35,428 nt of DNA, from positions 38,159 through 73,586 of the forward strand of contig CAZGAF010000001.1 in the NCBI GenBank assembly GCA_964523855.1. The letters run 5' to 3'. Positions 14,894 through 24,901 of this stretch are shown here, one piece after another. How positions within the stretch are numbered: position 1 is the first letter of the stretch; the number at the start of each line of letters is the position of its first letter. The notes under the pieces are model-generated. The model was given only the letters and a program-made list of their open reading frames with translations. It was not told the origin of the DNA and ran no database searches. The DNA comes from an uncultured Candidatus Saccharibacteria bacterium. GTDB lineage: Bacteria; Patescibacteriota; Doudnabacteria; UBA920. The position numbers and the translations under genes are program-made.

Positions 14894-15696
14894 CTAACAA
14901 AATAAACAATTAGTATTAAAATTGCGACAGCTAATCTGTAAAAAGCGAATACTTTAAAATCATGGTTGGCCAAAAACTTAAGCAAATATTTTATAGACAA
15001 GAAACCAAAAACCGCCGCCGACACAAAACCCACCAAAAGATCACCGTAGGAAACACCCGCACCGAATTCCCCCATCTTTACTAAACCCGCTCCAAAAATA
15101 ATCGGCGCAGACATTAGAAAACTAAAACGGGCAGCGTCTGCACGCTTAAAGCCTAAAAAGAGCCCCATAGCCATAGTACTGCCGCTTCTAGACACCCCAG
15201 GCACAATAGCCAAGGCTTGGCTTAAACCCACTAAAAAAGCATCTTTAGGAGTAATACGATCTAAATTTTTTTGTTTTTTTCCAAACCAGTCTACAGCGTA
15301 AATAACAAAACCGAAAATAGAAATAGTAAAAGCTATAAGCAAAGGATTCCTAAAGTTTTTTTCTGCCTGCTCTTCCAAAAGTTTGCCAATTATAGCTCCC
15401 GGCACGCTGGCTAAAACAAGCAGCCAGGAAAGTTTTTGATAAATATTATTTTCAAAATTCCTGGTTTTTTTAAACAAGCTGTGCCAAAAGCCTCTTATTA
15501 AGTCCCGAATATCTGTTCGAAAATAAACCAAAACTGCCAAAAGAGTGCCCCAGTGCAAAGCTAAATCAAAACCCAAGCCCGGATCTTTCCAATTAAAAAG
15601 CCATGGGGTTATAACCAAATGAGCAGAAGAAGAAATAGGCAAAAACTCACCCAATCCCTGCACCATACCTAAAATAAATGCTTGAAAAAAATGCAT
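14890..15696 (-). CDS. uppP: undecaprenyl-diphosphate phosphatase
   Basis: 268 aa; LGMVQGLGEFLPISSSAHL N-terminus and PGVSRSG motif. Confidence 0.92.
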   Translation of the reverse strand: MHFFQAFILGMVQGLGEFLPISSSAHLVITPWLFNWKDPGLGFDLALHWGTLLAVLVYFRTDIRDLIRGFWHSLFKKTRNFENNIYQKLSWLLVLASVPGAIIGKLLEEQAEKNFRNPLLIAFTISIFGFVIYAVDWFGKKQKNLDRITPKDAFLVGLSQALAIVPGVSRSGSTMAMGLFLGFKRADAARFSFLMSAPIIFGAGLVKMGEFGAGVSYGDLLVGFVSAAVFGFLSIKYLLKFLANHDFKVFAFYRLAVAILILIVYFVR

Positions 15697-15701
15697 ATTT
15701 T

Positions 15702-16955
15702 TTATGAGTTTATTCCTGGTACCGGAAACTTAAGTGCAAAAGATTTAACTTTTTCTTTTACTTCTAAAAGCTGAGTTTCGTTATTTCTATTTTCCAAAGC
15801 TTCGTCTATAAGCTCCGCTACAACTTGCATATCTGCTTCCTTACAACCGCGAGTGGTAAGCGCCGGTGTACCCAAACGAATTCCTGAAGGGTCTAGAGGC
15901 TTACGGGGGTCAAAAGGTATCATATTTTTATTAATGCTTATACCAACTTTTTCCAAAACTTTTTCCGCTTCCTTTCCGGTAATCTGCTTACTGCCAAAAA
16001 GGTCTATAAGCATTAGATGGTTATCGGTTCCTCCTGAGACTATTCTATATCCTTTGTTCTTTAAAATTTCCGCTAGCTTTTGTGCATTTTTTATAACTTG
16101 TTTTGAGTACTCCATAAATTTTGGGTCCAAAGCTTCTTTAAAAGCCACAGCTTTTGCGGCGTTTATGTGGTCATGCGGACCGCCCTGCACACCTGGAAAA
16201 ACCGCTTTATCTATACTGCTGGCAAATTTTTCTTTGCACATTATTATGGCGCCTCTAGGTCCTCGCAAAGTTTTATGAGTTGTAGTTGAAACCACATCAC
16301 AATATGACACCGGATTCTCCAACTGTTTGCCTGCAACCAACCCTGCAATATGCGCAATGTCGGCAAACAAAAAAGCTCCGACCTTATCGGCTATCTCTCT
16401 AAAACGCTTCCAGTCCAAAGACCTTGAGTATGCGCTAAAACCCGCCAAAATCATTTTTGGTTTTTCTCTTAAAGCAATTTCCTCTACTTCGTCCATATCG
16501 ATAATTTCGGTTTCCTTTTTTACAAAATACGGAATTATAGTATAAAGTTTGCCGCTAAAATTTAGAGGGTGTCCATGCGACAAATGCCCGCCTTGGTCCA
16601 AAGAAAAACCAAGTACTTTATCGCCCGGATTTAAAAGCGCCATGTAAACAGCCAAATTCGCCGGACTTCCACTCAAAGCTTGCACGTTTACATGCTCCGC
16701 ACCAAAAAGCTCTTTAGCTCTTTGTATGGCTAAACTTTCCGCTTCGTCTATAACCTCATTTCCGCCATAGTATCTTTTACCCGGGTAACCCTCACTATAC
16801 TTGTTAGTCAAAATACTACCCATGGCTTCTAAAACTGCAGTAGACACGTAGTTCTCCGAAGCGATCAGTTCAATTTCTTCTGTTTGTCTTGTCTCTTCTT
16901 TTTTTACAATATTATATAAATCTAAATCTTGGGTTTGTAAATGGGAATAATTCAT
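15702..16955 (-). CDS. glyA: serine hydroxymethyltransferase
   Basis: 417 aa; [24 protein letters not shown] and [12 protein letters not shown] (PLP lysine). Confidence 0.95.
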   Translation of the reverse strand: MNYSHLQTQDLDLYNIVKKEETRQTEEIELIASENYVSTAVLEAMGSILTNKYSEGYPGKRYYGGNEVIDEAESLAIQRAKELFGAEHVNVQALSGSPANLAVYMALLNPGDKVLGFSLDQGGHLSHGHPLNFSGKLYTIIPYFVKKETEIIDMDEVEEIALREKPKMILAGFSAYSRSLDWKRFREIADKVGAFLFADIAHIAGLVAGKQLENPVSYCDVVSTTTHKTLRGPRGAIIMCKEKFASSIDKAVFPGVQGGPHDHINAAKAVAFKEALDPKFMEYSKQVIKNAQKLAEILKNKGYRIVSGGTDNHLMLIDLFGSKQITGKEAEKVLEKVGISINKNMIPFDPRKPLDPSGIRLGTPALTTRGCKEADMQVVAELIDEALENRNNETQLLEVKEKVKSFALKFPVPGINS

Positions 16956-16961
16956 AATTTT

Positions 16962-17411
16962 TTAGTACTTTCCAATATGTTTTTCAAAATGCTCTTTAAA
17001 ATTTTTCAAAGCGTAAACAAAAGCGCTGTGAAGCGGCGAAGGCATGTTTTCTAAACTAAACCAATCCATCGCATCAATTTTATGCGGCTCGTTGTTTTTA
17101 ACCTCTTCTACCTTTACCTCTATAAAAAACGGAATTGCCAACCAATGCGTCGTCACCCCATCTAGCTCTCTCATAACCGAACAAGGCTCCACCCGGCCAA
17201 TTATTTTTCCATGAGCACCATACTCTTCCAACACTTCTTTCAAAACATTTTCTTCAGGAGTCAAACCGAATTCTAACTTCCCAGCTCCACTATCCCACCG
17301 TTCATGTTCGTCGCGGCAATTTTTACTTCGCTTATGCAACAAAATCCTACCTTTACCGTCTGTGCAATAAAATGGAGTACTCACGCCAATATAGTCAACT
17401 CCTATTTTCAT
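16962..17411 (-). CDS. Nudix hydrolase
   Basis: GAGKLEFGLTPEENVLKEVLEEYG fits the Nudix box. Confidence 0.8.
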   Translation of the reverse strand: MKIGVDYIGVSTPFYCTDGKGRILLHKRSKNCRDEHERWDSGAGKLEFGLTPEENVLKEVLEEYGAHGKIIGRVEPCSVMRELDGVTTHWLAIPFFIEVKVEEVKNNEPHKIDAMDWFSLENMPSPLHSAFVYALKNFKEHFEKHIGKY

Positions 17412-17440
17412 AACCTATTTCTGCTTAATTTTTATTCAGG

Positions 17441-17475
17441 CTACAAGCTACCACCTACCAGCTACGAGCTAAATA
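17441..17475 (-). repeat. five phased TAG-initiated heptamers
   Basis: Sense strand reads TAGCTCG TAGCTGG TAGGTGG TAGCTTG TAGCCTG. The first TAG is the MFS stop codon. The segment is 22/25 identical to the tuf-leader array at 2751-2775. Confidence 0.6.
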
Positions 17476-18617
17476 AACATATACAACAAAGTAAACAGCC
17501 CTGCTACTATAAATAATGCCATAAAGCTTCCGGTAAGTCCAAAAACCACAATACCTAAAATACAAGCAAGCAACTTACCCATCGCCAAGCTTTGTTCAAA
17601 AAAAACTATATACGGAACCACATGAGTGTTTTCTGCTCGAATATATGTAACGGTAGATAGTGGTATAAAAGCCAGCTCCTTACTGGTTCTACCCAAAGAG
17701 TCTAGAAAGAAAGTACTCCAAAAACTTACTGCCATAAATCGCATAACCCAAACTATAGAACCAAAAAACGCCCCAATACGTATAAGTATTCTTTTTGAGT
17801 ACTGGTCCGTAACCTTCCCGATAATCAAGGCTAAAACCGCAGCCAACAAACTAGCTATAGTTGCCAAAGCCCCGGCCCGCTCAAAGTCCTTAACAATAAT
17901 ATAAATAAAGATTGGCCAAACATTCAAAGCAAACATTTCTTCCCCAAAACCCAAATAGCCCAAAAACTTTTTAGGATAACTTTTATAAATTTCCCAAGTC
18001 TGGGAATATTCATAAACTTTGGGAGTAAAAACTTCTCTTGCCCTAAAAAGCGGCACCAAACTTATAGTATAAATAATGGCTGTAATAATGAAAGTTATGG
18101 TAAAACCAAATCTTTCGGACAAAAATCCCGCAAACACTGGTCCTGCTATATGAGTTAGACTAATAAGCGAATACACAACTCCAAACTCTCTGCCAACTTG
18201 GTCACGGTCGGCGTATCTGGCCATAAGCGAATGGAAGCCCGGCCAATAAAAAGTTTTGGACAAACCATACAAAAACGCTCCAATAAAAGCTATAGAATGG
18301 TCATTTTGAGAAGCTATAAGCACCATCCAATACAAAATCTGAAACGGGACGGAAAAAGCTATAGCGTGCTTATAACCATAAAAACTAGCCACCTTACCGC
18401 CAACCGGTATAAATATAATATAGGTTGTATAAACCAACGCGGTGAACAATAAAACTTGAGGTATTGTAAAACCCAAAACCGCATACAAAAAAATTGGCTC
18501 AAACAATGCCATCATTGACATGGCTAAGTTTGCCACTGAAGAGTGCGCATACACCTCGCTAATTTCTTCTTTTATATTTTTTGAAAAATACTGGGGAAAT
18601 CTAAAGTGCAAAAGCAT
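17469..18617 (-). CDS. MFS transporter
   Basis: 382 aa, about 12 TM segments, typical MFS layout. Confidence 0.75.
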   Translation of the reverse strand: MLLHFRFPQYFSKNIKEEISEVYAHSSVANLAMSMMALFEPIFLYAVLGFTIPQVLLFTALVYTTYIIFIPVGGKVASFYGYKHAIAFSVPFQILYWMVLIASQNDHSIAFIGAFLYGLSKTFYWPGFHSLMARYADRDQVGREFGVVYSLISLTHIAGPVFAGFLSERFGFTITFIITAIIYTISLVPLFRAREVFTPKVYEYSQTWEIYKSYPKKFLGYLGFGEEMFALNVWPIFIYIIVKDFERAGALATIASLLAAVLALIIGKVTDQYSKRILIRIGAFFGSIVWVMRFMAVSFWSTFFLDSLGRTSKELAFIPLSTVTYIRAENTHVVPYIVFFEQSLAMGKLLACILGIVVFGLTGSFMALFIVAGLFTLLYMFI

Positions 18618-18630
18618 GTATGTTTTTTAT

Positions 18631-19293
18631 TTATTTGACTACAACTTTTTTTATTTCACTCTCACTCACAGGACCCAAACGCAGAATTTCATATTTTACT
18701 CCATCAAGCTTTACCAAAGTGGAAGGTTTCCTTTTTTTTAATTTACCTGCATTTATGATTATATCAGGCTTGTATTTTTTATCTTTAAATTGTATATAAA
18801 CATCTTCTGCGCTATAACTATCGTACCCGCCTGACAACTTTGCAGAAGGGTTTGCACTTGTTGCAGTTATAGGCAGCCCCAAATTTTTAGCCAAGTCTAA
18901 AGCAATCTGGTTTTTAGGCATCCTAAGTCCTAAAAACCCTGTTTTAGCGGTTAAAATATTTTGAATTTCTTTGCTTGATACCTTATACCTACTACTTAAT
19001 ACCAGTGTCAGCGCTCCAGGCCAAAATCTATTTGCCAACTTTTCAGCCATAGCATTCCAATAGCTTATTTTTTTCGCATAAGCTTTGGAAGGCACAACAA
19101 CATGAACGGCTTTTTTAAAATCCCTTTCCTTTATTCGGTATAACTTTTTTACAGCTTTAATATTGGAAGCGTCAACAGCCAAACCGTAGCTGGTATCGGT
19201 CGGATATGCCACAACCTTGCCTTGCTTTAAAGCCAAAACACAAGCGTGAATAATTTGTTTATGTTTGGATTTTTTGTAATCAATAGTTATCAT
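18631..19293 (-). CDS. tsaC: L-threonylcarbamoyladenylate synthase (TsaC/YrdC/Sua5 family)
   Basis: VAYPTDTSYGLAVDA and PGALTLVL motifs of the YrdC domain. Confidence 0.82.
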   Translation of the reverse strand: MITIDYKKSKHKQIIHACVLALKQGKVVAYPTDTSYGLAVDASNIKAVKKLYRIKERDFKKAVHVVVPSKAYAKKISYWNAMAEKLANRFWPGALTLVLSSRYKVSSKEIQNILTAKTGFLGLRMPKNQIALDLAKNLGLPITATSANPSAKLSGGYDSYSAEDVYIQFKDKKYKPDIIINAGKLKKRKPSTLVKLDGVKYEILRLGPVSESEIKKVVVK

Positions 19294-19375
19294 TGGGCTA
19301 CTAAAGTACGAAAAATACTAAAATACGAAACTTACAATCTTAGCATTTTCGTACATTTAGTAATTTCGTAGCTAT

Positions 19376-21949
19376 TTATATTACCAAATTTATAAGCCTA
19401 CCCTTCACAAAAATTACGCGTTTAATGCTTTCACTTAGCAAAGCTTGCTTAACCACTTCTAGCTTTAAAACTTCGGCCTTAACCATTTCTTCCGAGGCAT
19501 TTTGAGCTATTTTTATTTTACCTCTAACCTTACCATTTATTTGGACAACCAAATCACTTTCGCTTTCTGAAATTTTAGACTCGTCATAATCCGGCCACGG
19601 TAAAGTTTGTAACGAAAAATCACGGCCGTGATTTTTAGTAACAACTCCAATCAGACTGTTTAGTTCTTCCGTTATATGCGGAGCAAACGGGTGCAAAACT
19701 TTTACAAAATTCTGCAAAGATTCCAAAGAAATAAATTCGTCCTTTATTTGGTTATGGAATTCCATAAAACTAGAAATGGCGGTATTAAACCTAAAGTTTT
19801 CTATGTCTTCGGTTACTTTCTTTATAAGCTTATTTATCTCCCTTTCTACTTTTGGGGTATCTTGAATGTTATTTGAAATTTGTGATTTGGCATTTGATAA
19901 TTTAGCATGCGGAGCTTCAATTATTTCATTCGCCCAATTCCAAACACGGTCCAAAAATCTTGCCACTCCCACCACGCCCTGGTCGCTCCAGGAAACCATT
20001 GTCTCGTGGGGACCCAAAAACATTTCGTACATTCTTAAAACATCCGCTCCGTATTTTTCTACTATAATCTGCGGATCCACAACATTACCCCTACTTTTAG
20101 ACATTTTTTCTCCGTCCGGTCCAAGCACAATACCGTGCGGTTTTCTTAAAGCATAAGGCTCCTTTTGTGTCACCAAACCTTGGTCATATAAAAACAAATT
20201 CCAAAAGCGGCTATATAGCAAATGCAAAGTCGTATGCTCCATGCCGCCAAAGTACACATCTACCGGGGTCCAATAAGCTTGTTTTTTTATATCTGCAAAA
20301 CTTTTTTTATTTTTTGCATCAGCATACCTAAGCCAATACCAAGAGCTCCCAGCCCATTGCGGCATGGTGTTGGTTTCTCGCCATGCGGTCTTCTTGCAAA
20401 TTGGACACTTAGTTTTAAGCCAAGATTTCATGTCGGCTAAAGGCGACTCTCCCGTGCCTGTCGGCTCGTACTTTTTCACGTTTGGAAGTTTAACCGGCAA
20501 GTCCTTGTCTGGCACAGGCACAGCACCATGATCTTCGCAGTGTATAAGCGGTATAGGCTCACCCCAGTAACGCTGACGACTAAACACCCAGTCACGGAGT
20601 TTGTAGTTAGTTACCGATTTTCCGAACTCTGATGCCATTTTTGGAATAGCTTCGTTTGTTTTTAATCCGTTAAACTTACCTGAGTTAACTAAAATTCCTG
20701 CACCCAAAAAACACCTCTCCCCTTTTTTTATTAAATCAAATTCTTGTTCCAGTCTTCTTTTAGTTGAATCTGTGATTGATTCACCAGGTAAAATCTTCCC
20801 AGCAAAAGCTGGATATACATCAGAAAAATCTAAATCTTCCTGATTTACAGGATCAATCACATGTTTTATTCCACTCGGTATATATTTGACTGCAAAATCA
20901 TAATCACGCCTATCGTGTCCGGGCACAGCCATAATAGCCCCGGTACCATAGTTACCTAAAACATAGTCAGCAACCCAAACAGGAATCTCTTCCTTTGTGG
21001 CAGGGTTTATGGCCTTTATACCCTTAAGTTCCACTCCGCTCTTTTCTTTCCCTTCCGCAGTTCTATCTATATCTGCTTTTGCCTTTGCCTTAGCAGTATA
21101 ATTTTCAACTTCTTTATAATTTAAAATTTGATCTTTAAATTTTGATATTATTTCATGTTCTGGAGCCACCACCATGTAAGTTGCCCCAAAAATAGTATCT
21201 GGCCGTGTAGTAAATATCTTTATTTGATATTTTTCATTTGAAATTTGGAATTCAATTTCCGCTCCCGTACTCTTCCCTATCCAGTTCTCCTGTTGCAATT
21301 TCACAGCCTCAGGCCACTGGGGCAGTTCTTTTAAACCTTCCAGCAGTTTTTCGGCATACTCAGTAATTTTCAAGTACCACTGCCTAAGTTCTTTTTTTTC
21401 TACCACGGTGCCACAACGCTCACATTTCCCGTCTATAACTTCTTCATTGGCAAGGCCAGTTTTGTCTTTGGGACACCAGTTTATTAGCCCCGTAGCTTCG
21501 TAAGCCAAGCCCTTTTTATAAAACTGCAAAAACAGCCACTGAGTCCATTTATAATATTCAGGACTTGTGGTATTTATTTCTCTGTCCCAGTCAAAAGAAA
21601 GACCCCAAGAAAGCATTTGCTTCTTTGCATTAGCTACATTTTTCTTGGTAGTAATAGAAGGATGTACGCCCATTTTTATGGCGTAATTTTCCGCAGGCAA
21701 ACCAAAAGCGTCCCAACCTATGGGAAAAAGCGTTTCAAAACCTTTCATGCGATGATACCGAGCATAAACGTCGGCCGCCACATATGGCCTTAAGTGCCCC
21801 ATATGAAGACCGGCACCGCTTGGGTATGGAAATTCAACCAAAATAAATTTTTTTTGCTTTTTTTTATTTTCAGTAGCCTTAAAAGATTTTTTTACCGCCC
21901 ACTGCTTTTGCCATTTAGATTCGATTTTGGAAAAATTATACTTTTGCAT
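19376..21949 (-). CDS. leuS: leucine--tRNA ligase
   Basis: 857 aa; PYPSGAGLHMGH (HIGH) and KMSKS motifs with LeuRS architecture. Confidence 0.96.
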   Translation of the reverse strand: MQKYNFSKIESKWQKQWAVKKSFKATENKKKQKKFILVEFPYPSGAGLHMGHLRPYVAADVYARYHRMKGFETLFPIGWDAFGLPAENYAIKMGVHPSITTKKNVANAKKQMLSWGLSFDWDREINTTSPEYYKWTQWLFLQFYKKGLAYEATGLINWCPKDKTGLANEEVIDGKCERCGTVVEKKELRQWYLKITEYAEKLLEGLKELPQWPEAVKLQQENWIGKSTGAEIEFQISNEKYQIKIFTTRPDTIFGATYMVVAPEHEIISKFKDQILNYKEVENYTAKAKAKADIDRTAEGKEKSGVELKGIKAINPATKEEIPVWVADYVLGNYGTGAIMAVPGHDRRDYDFAVKYIPSGIKHVIDPVNQEDLDFSDVYPAFAGKILPGESITDSTKRRLEQEFDLIKKGERCFLGAGILVNSGKFNGLKTNEAIPKMASEFGKSVTNYKLRDWVFSRQRYWGEPIPLIHCEDHGAVPVPDKDLPVKLPNVKKYEPTGTGESPLADMKSWLKTKCPICKKTAWRETNTMPQWAGSSWYWLRYADAKNKKSFADIKKQAYWTPVDVYFGGMEHTTLHLLYSRFWNLFLYDQGLVTQKEPYALRKPHGIVLGPDGEKMSKSRGNVVDPQIIVEKYGADVLRMYEMFLGPHETMVSWSDQGVVGVARFLDRVWNWANEIIEAPHAKLSNAKSQISNNIQDTPKVEREINKLIKKVTEDIENFRFNTAISSFMEFHNQIKDEFISLESLQNFVKVLHPFAPHITEELNSLIGVVTKNHGRDFSLQTLPWPDYDESKISESESDLVVQINGKVRGKIKIAQNASEEMVKAEVLKLEVVKQALLSESIKRVIFVKGRLINLVI

Positions 21950-22006
21950 ATGTAAGTTTGACTAAAAATATTGAAATTGATAGATTGTGATTCAGGAGGA
22001 CCTAAA

Positions 22007-22174
22007 ATGATTACCGAGCCCCAATCCTATCCGCACGATATCCTTGATGAGGAATGCGGAACACAACAACCACGGGCCACACTACAACCCGACAGCGCTC
22101 AGACTCTTCCGAACGAACTGCAGCTTGAATTAGAATGGAGCGTACATTGCCGAGACTACGGCAACGCTAACTGA
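22007..22174 (+). CDS. orphan micro-protein (55 aa)
   Basis: AGGAGG 7 nt upstream of the ATG at 22007. G+C-rich. Its 3' end overlaps the tatD 3' end convergently by 19 nt. Confidence 0.4.
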   Translation: MITEPQSYPHDILDEECGTQQPRATLQPDSAQTLPNELQLELEWSVHCRDYGNAN

Positions 22175-23007
22175 AACAACTTCTTCGCATTCTCGGTCGT
22201 AAATCTTTCAACATCGCCGATCGGCAAACCCTTTACCTGAGCTAAGTATTCCGCAACATAGCGGACATACGATGGCTCGTTTTTTTTGCCTCTGTGAGGC
22301 ACCGGAGTTAAATAAGGACAGTCAGTTTCCAAAATAATTCTATCCATTGGAGTCATCTTTACCAGTTTTTCCATGTTACCCGTCTTGTCAAAAGTTATTA
22401 TACCATTAAAAGACACATAGGCTCCTCGCTCTAAAAATAGTTTTAAAGCCTCGGGACTGCCGGTAAAACTATGGACTTCAAAGCGCAAACCCTGTACTCC
22501 TTCTGTATCTAAAATATTTATAAGGTCCGTAAAAAGTTCTTCGTTACCTTTTTCAGGACGACTATGAATAACCAAAGTTTTGTTAAGTTCTTTGGCAAGT
22601 TTTAACTGCAGCCGAAAGGCTGCTTTTTGTTTTTCTTTTATTCCAGCATGCAAAGACTTGTCTTCAGGTAGTCTGTAATAATCCAGTCCACACTCACCTA
22701 TTCCTACCACTTTTTCGTTTTGAGCTAAGAGCTTATAAGCTTCGTAGTCAAAAATTTCTTCGCGGGATTTAAAACTCGTTTCCTCTTCGTCCACATACTG
22801 AGAATGAGTATGTTCTGGGTGTAACCCCACCACCGCATATACGCCTTTTTCAAACTGTTTAGCCAGTTCCACCGCTTGTTTAGAGGTATCTATTTGTGAG
22901 CCAACATTAATAACATATATCCCTGCGTCCAAAGCCCGCTGCAAAGTTTCTTTTGCATCGGTTTCAAAACTCTTAAAATTTACATGGGCATGAGTGTCAA
23001 AAAGCAT
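22156..23007 (-). CDS. tatD: TatD-family metal-dependent hydrolase
   Basis: MLFDTHAHVNF..., GIGECGLDY, and H/D metal ligands spaced as in TatD. Confidence 0.9.
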   Translation of the reverse strand: MLFDTHAHVNFKSFETDAKETLQRALDAGIYVINVGSQIDTSKQAVELAKQFEKGVYAVVGLHPEHTHSQYVDEEETSFKSREEIFDYEAYKLLAQNEKVVGIGECGLDYYRLPEDKSLHAGIKEKQKAAFRLQLKLAKELNKTLVIHSRPEKGNEELFTDLINILDTEGVQGLRFEVHSFTGSPEALKLFLERGAYVSFNGIITFDKTGNMEKLVKMTPMDRIILETDCPYLTPVPHRGKKNEPSYVRYVAEYLAQVKGLPIGDVERFTTENAKKLFQLALP

Positions 23008-23099
23008 GAGTGGAATTAAGAAGTAAGAATTATGAATTTAGAAGTAAAAAAACTTGATTTTTAAATTGTTAGGAGTAAAATAAGCATGAAGGAGGTCAA

Positions 23100-23270
23100 A
23101 TGACCATAACCGATGATTCCGTGATGGGAAAAAAGGGCGAAGGGGACAAACTCCCAAAACATCGACACACGCAGTTGGAACCACCTGCCCCCTTGGATCC
23201 CAATGAACCGAAATTTGAACCGTTCAACGACATGTACGAACACGCTATACGCGATCTTTCGGCTTACTAA
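23100..23270 (+). CDS. orphan micro-protein (56 aa; not in the ORF track)
   Basis: AAGGAGG 4 nt upstream of the ATG. Hand translation: MTITDDSVMGKKGEGDKLPKHRHTQLEPPAPLDPNEPKFEPFNDMYEHAIRDLSAY. A strong terminator follows. Confidence 0.5.
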   Translation: MTITDDSVMGKKGEGDKLPKHRHTQLEPPAPLDPNEPKFEPFNDMYEHAIRDLSAY

Positions 23271-23290
23271 AACCCACCCGCTCTATCTTC

Positions 23291-23328
23291 GACCTGCCGC
23301 TGCATGCTATTGCAGCGGTCTTTTTTTT
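23291..23328 (+). terminator. intrinsic terminator of the 56-aa ORF
   Basis: CCGCTGCA-tgctat-TGCAGCGG followed by TCTTTTTTTT. Confidence 0.8.
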
Positions 23329-23335
23329 ATTTCCA

Positions 23336-23373
23336 CCAAATATTGCAATACTAGCTAGTATTGCAATATTTGG
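23336..23373. repeat. perfect 38-bp palindrome
   Basis: CCAAATATTGCAATACTAG | CTAGTATTGCAATATTTGG. It contains two copies of the 10-bp palindrome TATTGCAATA, 18 bp apart centre to centre. Confidence 0.9.
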
Positions 23374-23378
23374 CTGTT

Positions 23379-24821
23379 TTATATTCTAGGGAACAACGGT
23401 TCGGCTTTGGTAATTTTTTCCTTTTTTAAATGTTCTAAAATCTTTTTACTAACTTCCGGCATAAAGGGCTGTAAATGAGTAGCCGTTTCAAGCAAACACA
23501 AAATGACCTGCGTAGAAATTTCTTCAAACTTTTTTACATTGGTCTTGCCAAGCTCCCATAACTTGTTTTCATCTACAGCTTTGTTACCCCATGCCACCCA
23601 TTCCCATATTTTTGCCAAAGCTTCGTGGAATCTATAGTTTTCTATAAGCAAATTAATCTCACTAGCCTCACCGGGTAAAATTTTATTCTGGATTCCGGAT
23701 CCGCTATCCGGAATGACAAGAGAAGGACTGTACTTTTCCACCAAAGTTGTAATCCTGCTCAACAAATTACCTAACCCATTAGCTAAGTCACCGCTATACC
23801 TAAGCTTTAATTTTTCTTCGCTTATGTCGCCGTCTTGACCGAACGGAACCTCTCTTAACAAGAAATACCTAACTACATCTGGGCCATACTTTGTCGTCCA
23901 CTCAACAGGATCTATAACATTGCCTATCGTTTTGCTAATTTTTTGGCCGTCTATTGTAAAAAAACCATGCGCAAACACTTTCTTTGGAACTTTTTCGCCA
24001 ATAGCCAACAAAAGAGCGGGCCAAATTATACAATGAAACTTAATAATATCTTTTCCAACCAAATGTACATCTACAGGCCAATATTTTTTAAATTTTTCCT
24101 CATCGGCTCCATAACCAACTGCAGTACAGTAGTTAAAAAGTTCATCCAACCAAACATAAATCGTCTGGCTTTCGTCCCACGGAAGAGGTAATGCAAACTT
24201 GGCATTTTGCCTCGAAATCGCTATATCTTCTAAACCCTGCTCAATGAAAGACAAAACCTCATTTCTTCTCTCTTCTGGCGCCACCACCAACTCGGAGTTT
24301 AAGATTTTTTCTTTTAAAACAGGTCCGTATTCCGACAACTTAAAAAACCAATTCTTTTCTTTTACCATTTCAGGCTTTGTCTTGTGGTCAGGGCATACAC
24401 CATTTACCAACTCGGATTCTTTTATAAAAGCTTCATGGCCAATGCAATAAAGCCCTTCGTATTCTCCTTCGTAAATTTTCCCTGAATCCTTTAACTTTAA
24501 AAAGAATTTTTTTACTGCCTCGCTGTGCCTAGTCTCGGTTGTACGAATAAAATCGTTATTAGTAATTTGTAAAAGATCCCAAGCTAAAGAAAACTTAGCA
24601 GACATTTCGTCGGCAAAACTTTGAGGATCCCTGCCGGCCTTTTCTGCACTAGTTGCAATTTTGCTTCCATGCTCAGCTGTTCCGGCTAAAAAAAATGTAT
24701 CGACGCCTTTTTGGCGAAAATACCTAGCCAGCACATCCGCAGCAATGGTAGTGTAAGCCGAACCAATATGGGGCTTATCATTTATATAATAAATTGGGGT
24801 AGTAATATAAAATTTGTCCAT
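23379..24821 (-). CDS. metG: methionine--tRNA ligase (short form)
   Basis: 480 aa; YYINDKPHIGSAY (HIGH-type) and KISKT (KMSKS-type) motifs. Confidence 0.93.
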   Translation of the reverse strand: MDKFYITTPIYYINDKPHIGSAYTTIAADVLARYFRQKGVDTFFLAGTAEHGSKIATSAEKAGRDPQSFADEMSAKFSLAWDLLQITNNDFIRTTETRHSEAVKKFFLKLKDSGKIYEGEYEGLYCIGHEAFIKESELVNGVCPDHKTKPEMVKEKNWFFKLSEYGPVLKEKILNSELVVAPEERRNEVLSFIEQGLEDIAISRQNAKFALPLPWDESQTIYVWLDELFNYCTAVGYGADEEKFKKYWPVDVHLVGKDIIKFHCIIWPALLLAIGEKVPKKVFAHGFFTIDGQKISKTIGNVIDPVEWTTKYGPDVVRYFLLREVPFGQDGDISEEKLKLRYSGDLANGLGNLLSRITTLVEKYSPSLVIPDSGSGIQNKILPGEASEINLLIENYRFHEALAKIWEWVAWGNKAVDENKLWELGKTNVKKFEEISTQVILCLLETATHLQPFMPEVSKKILEHLKKEKITKAEPLFPRI

Positions 24822-24863
24822 ATTTATAAACCTTTCAAGCTTTACAGGCTTAAGGACTGCAAC

Positions 24864-24889
24864 AAAAAAAGGCTATTTCTAGCCTTTTT
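24864..24889. terminator. bidirectional intrinsic terminator after the AI-2E transporter gene
   Basis: AAGGCTA-tttc-TAGCCTT flanked by an A-run and a T-run. Confidence 0.65.
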
Positions 24890-24901
24890 ATTATAACGTT
24901 T

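Noticed and set aside
23061-23243. A 60-aa minus-strand ORF from the track.
   Set aside because: It is antisense to the 56-aa plus-strand ORF, which has a consensus SD box and a strong terminator. The minus ORF has neither.
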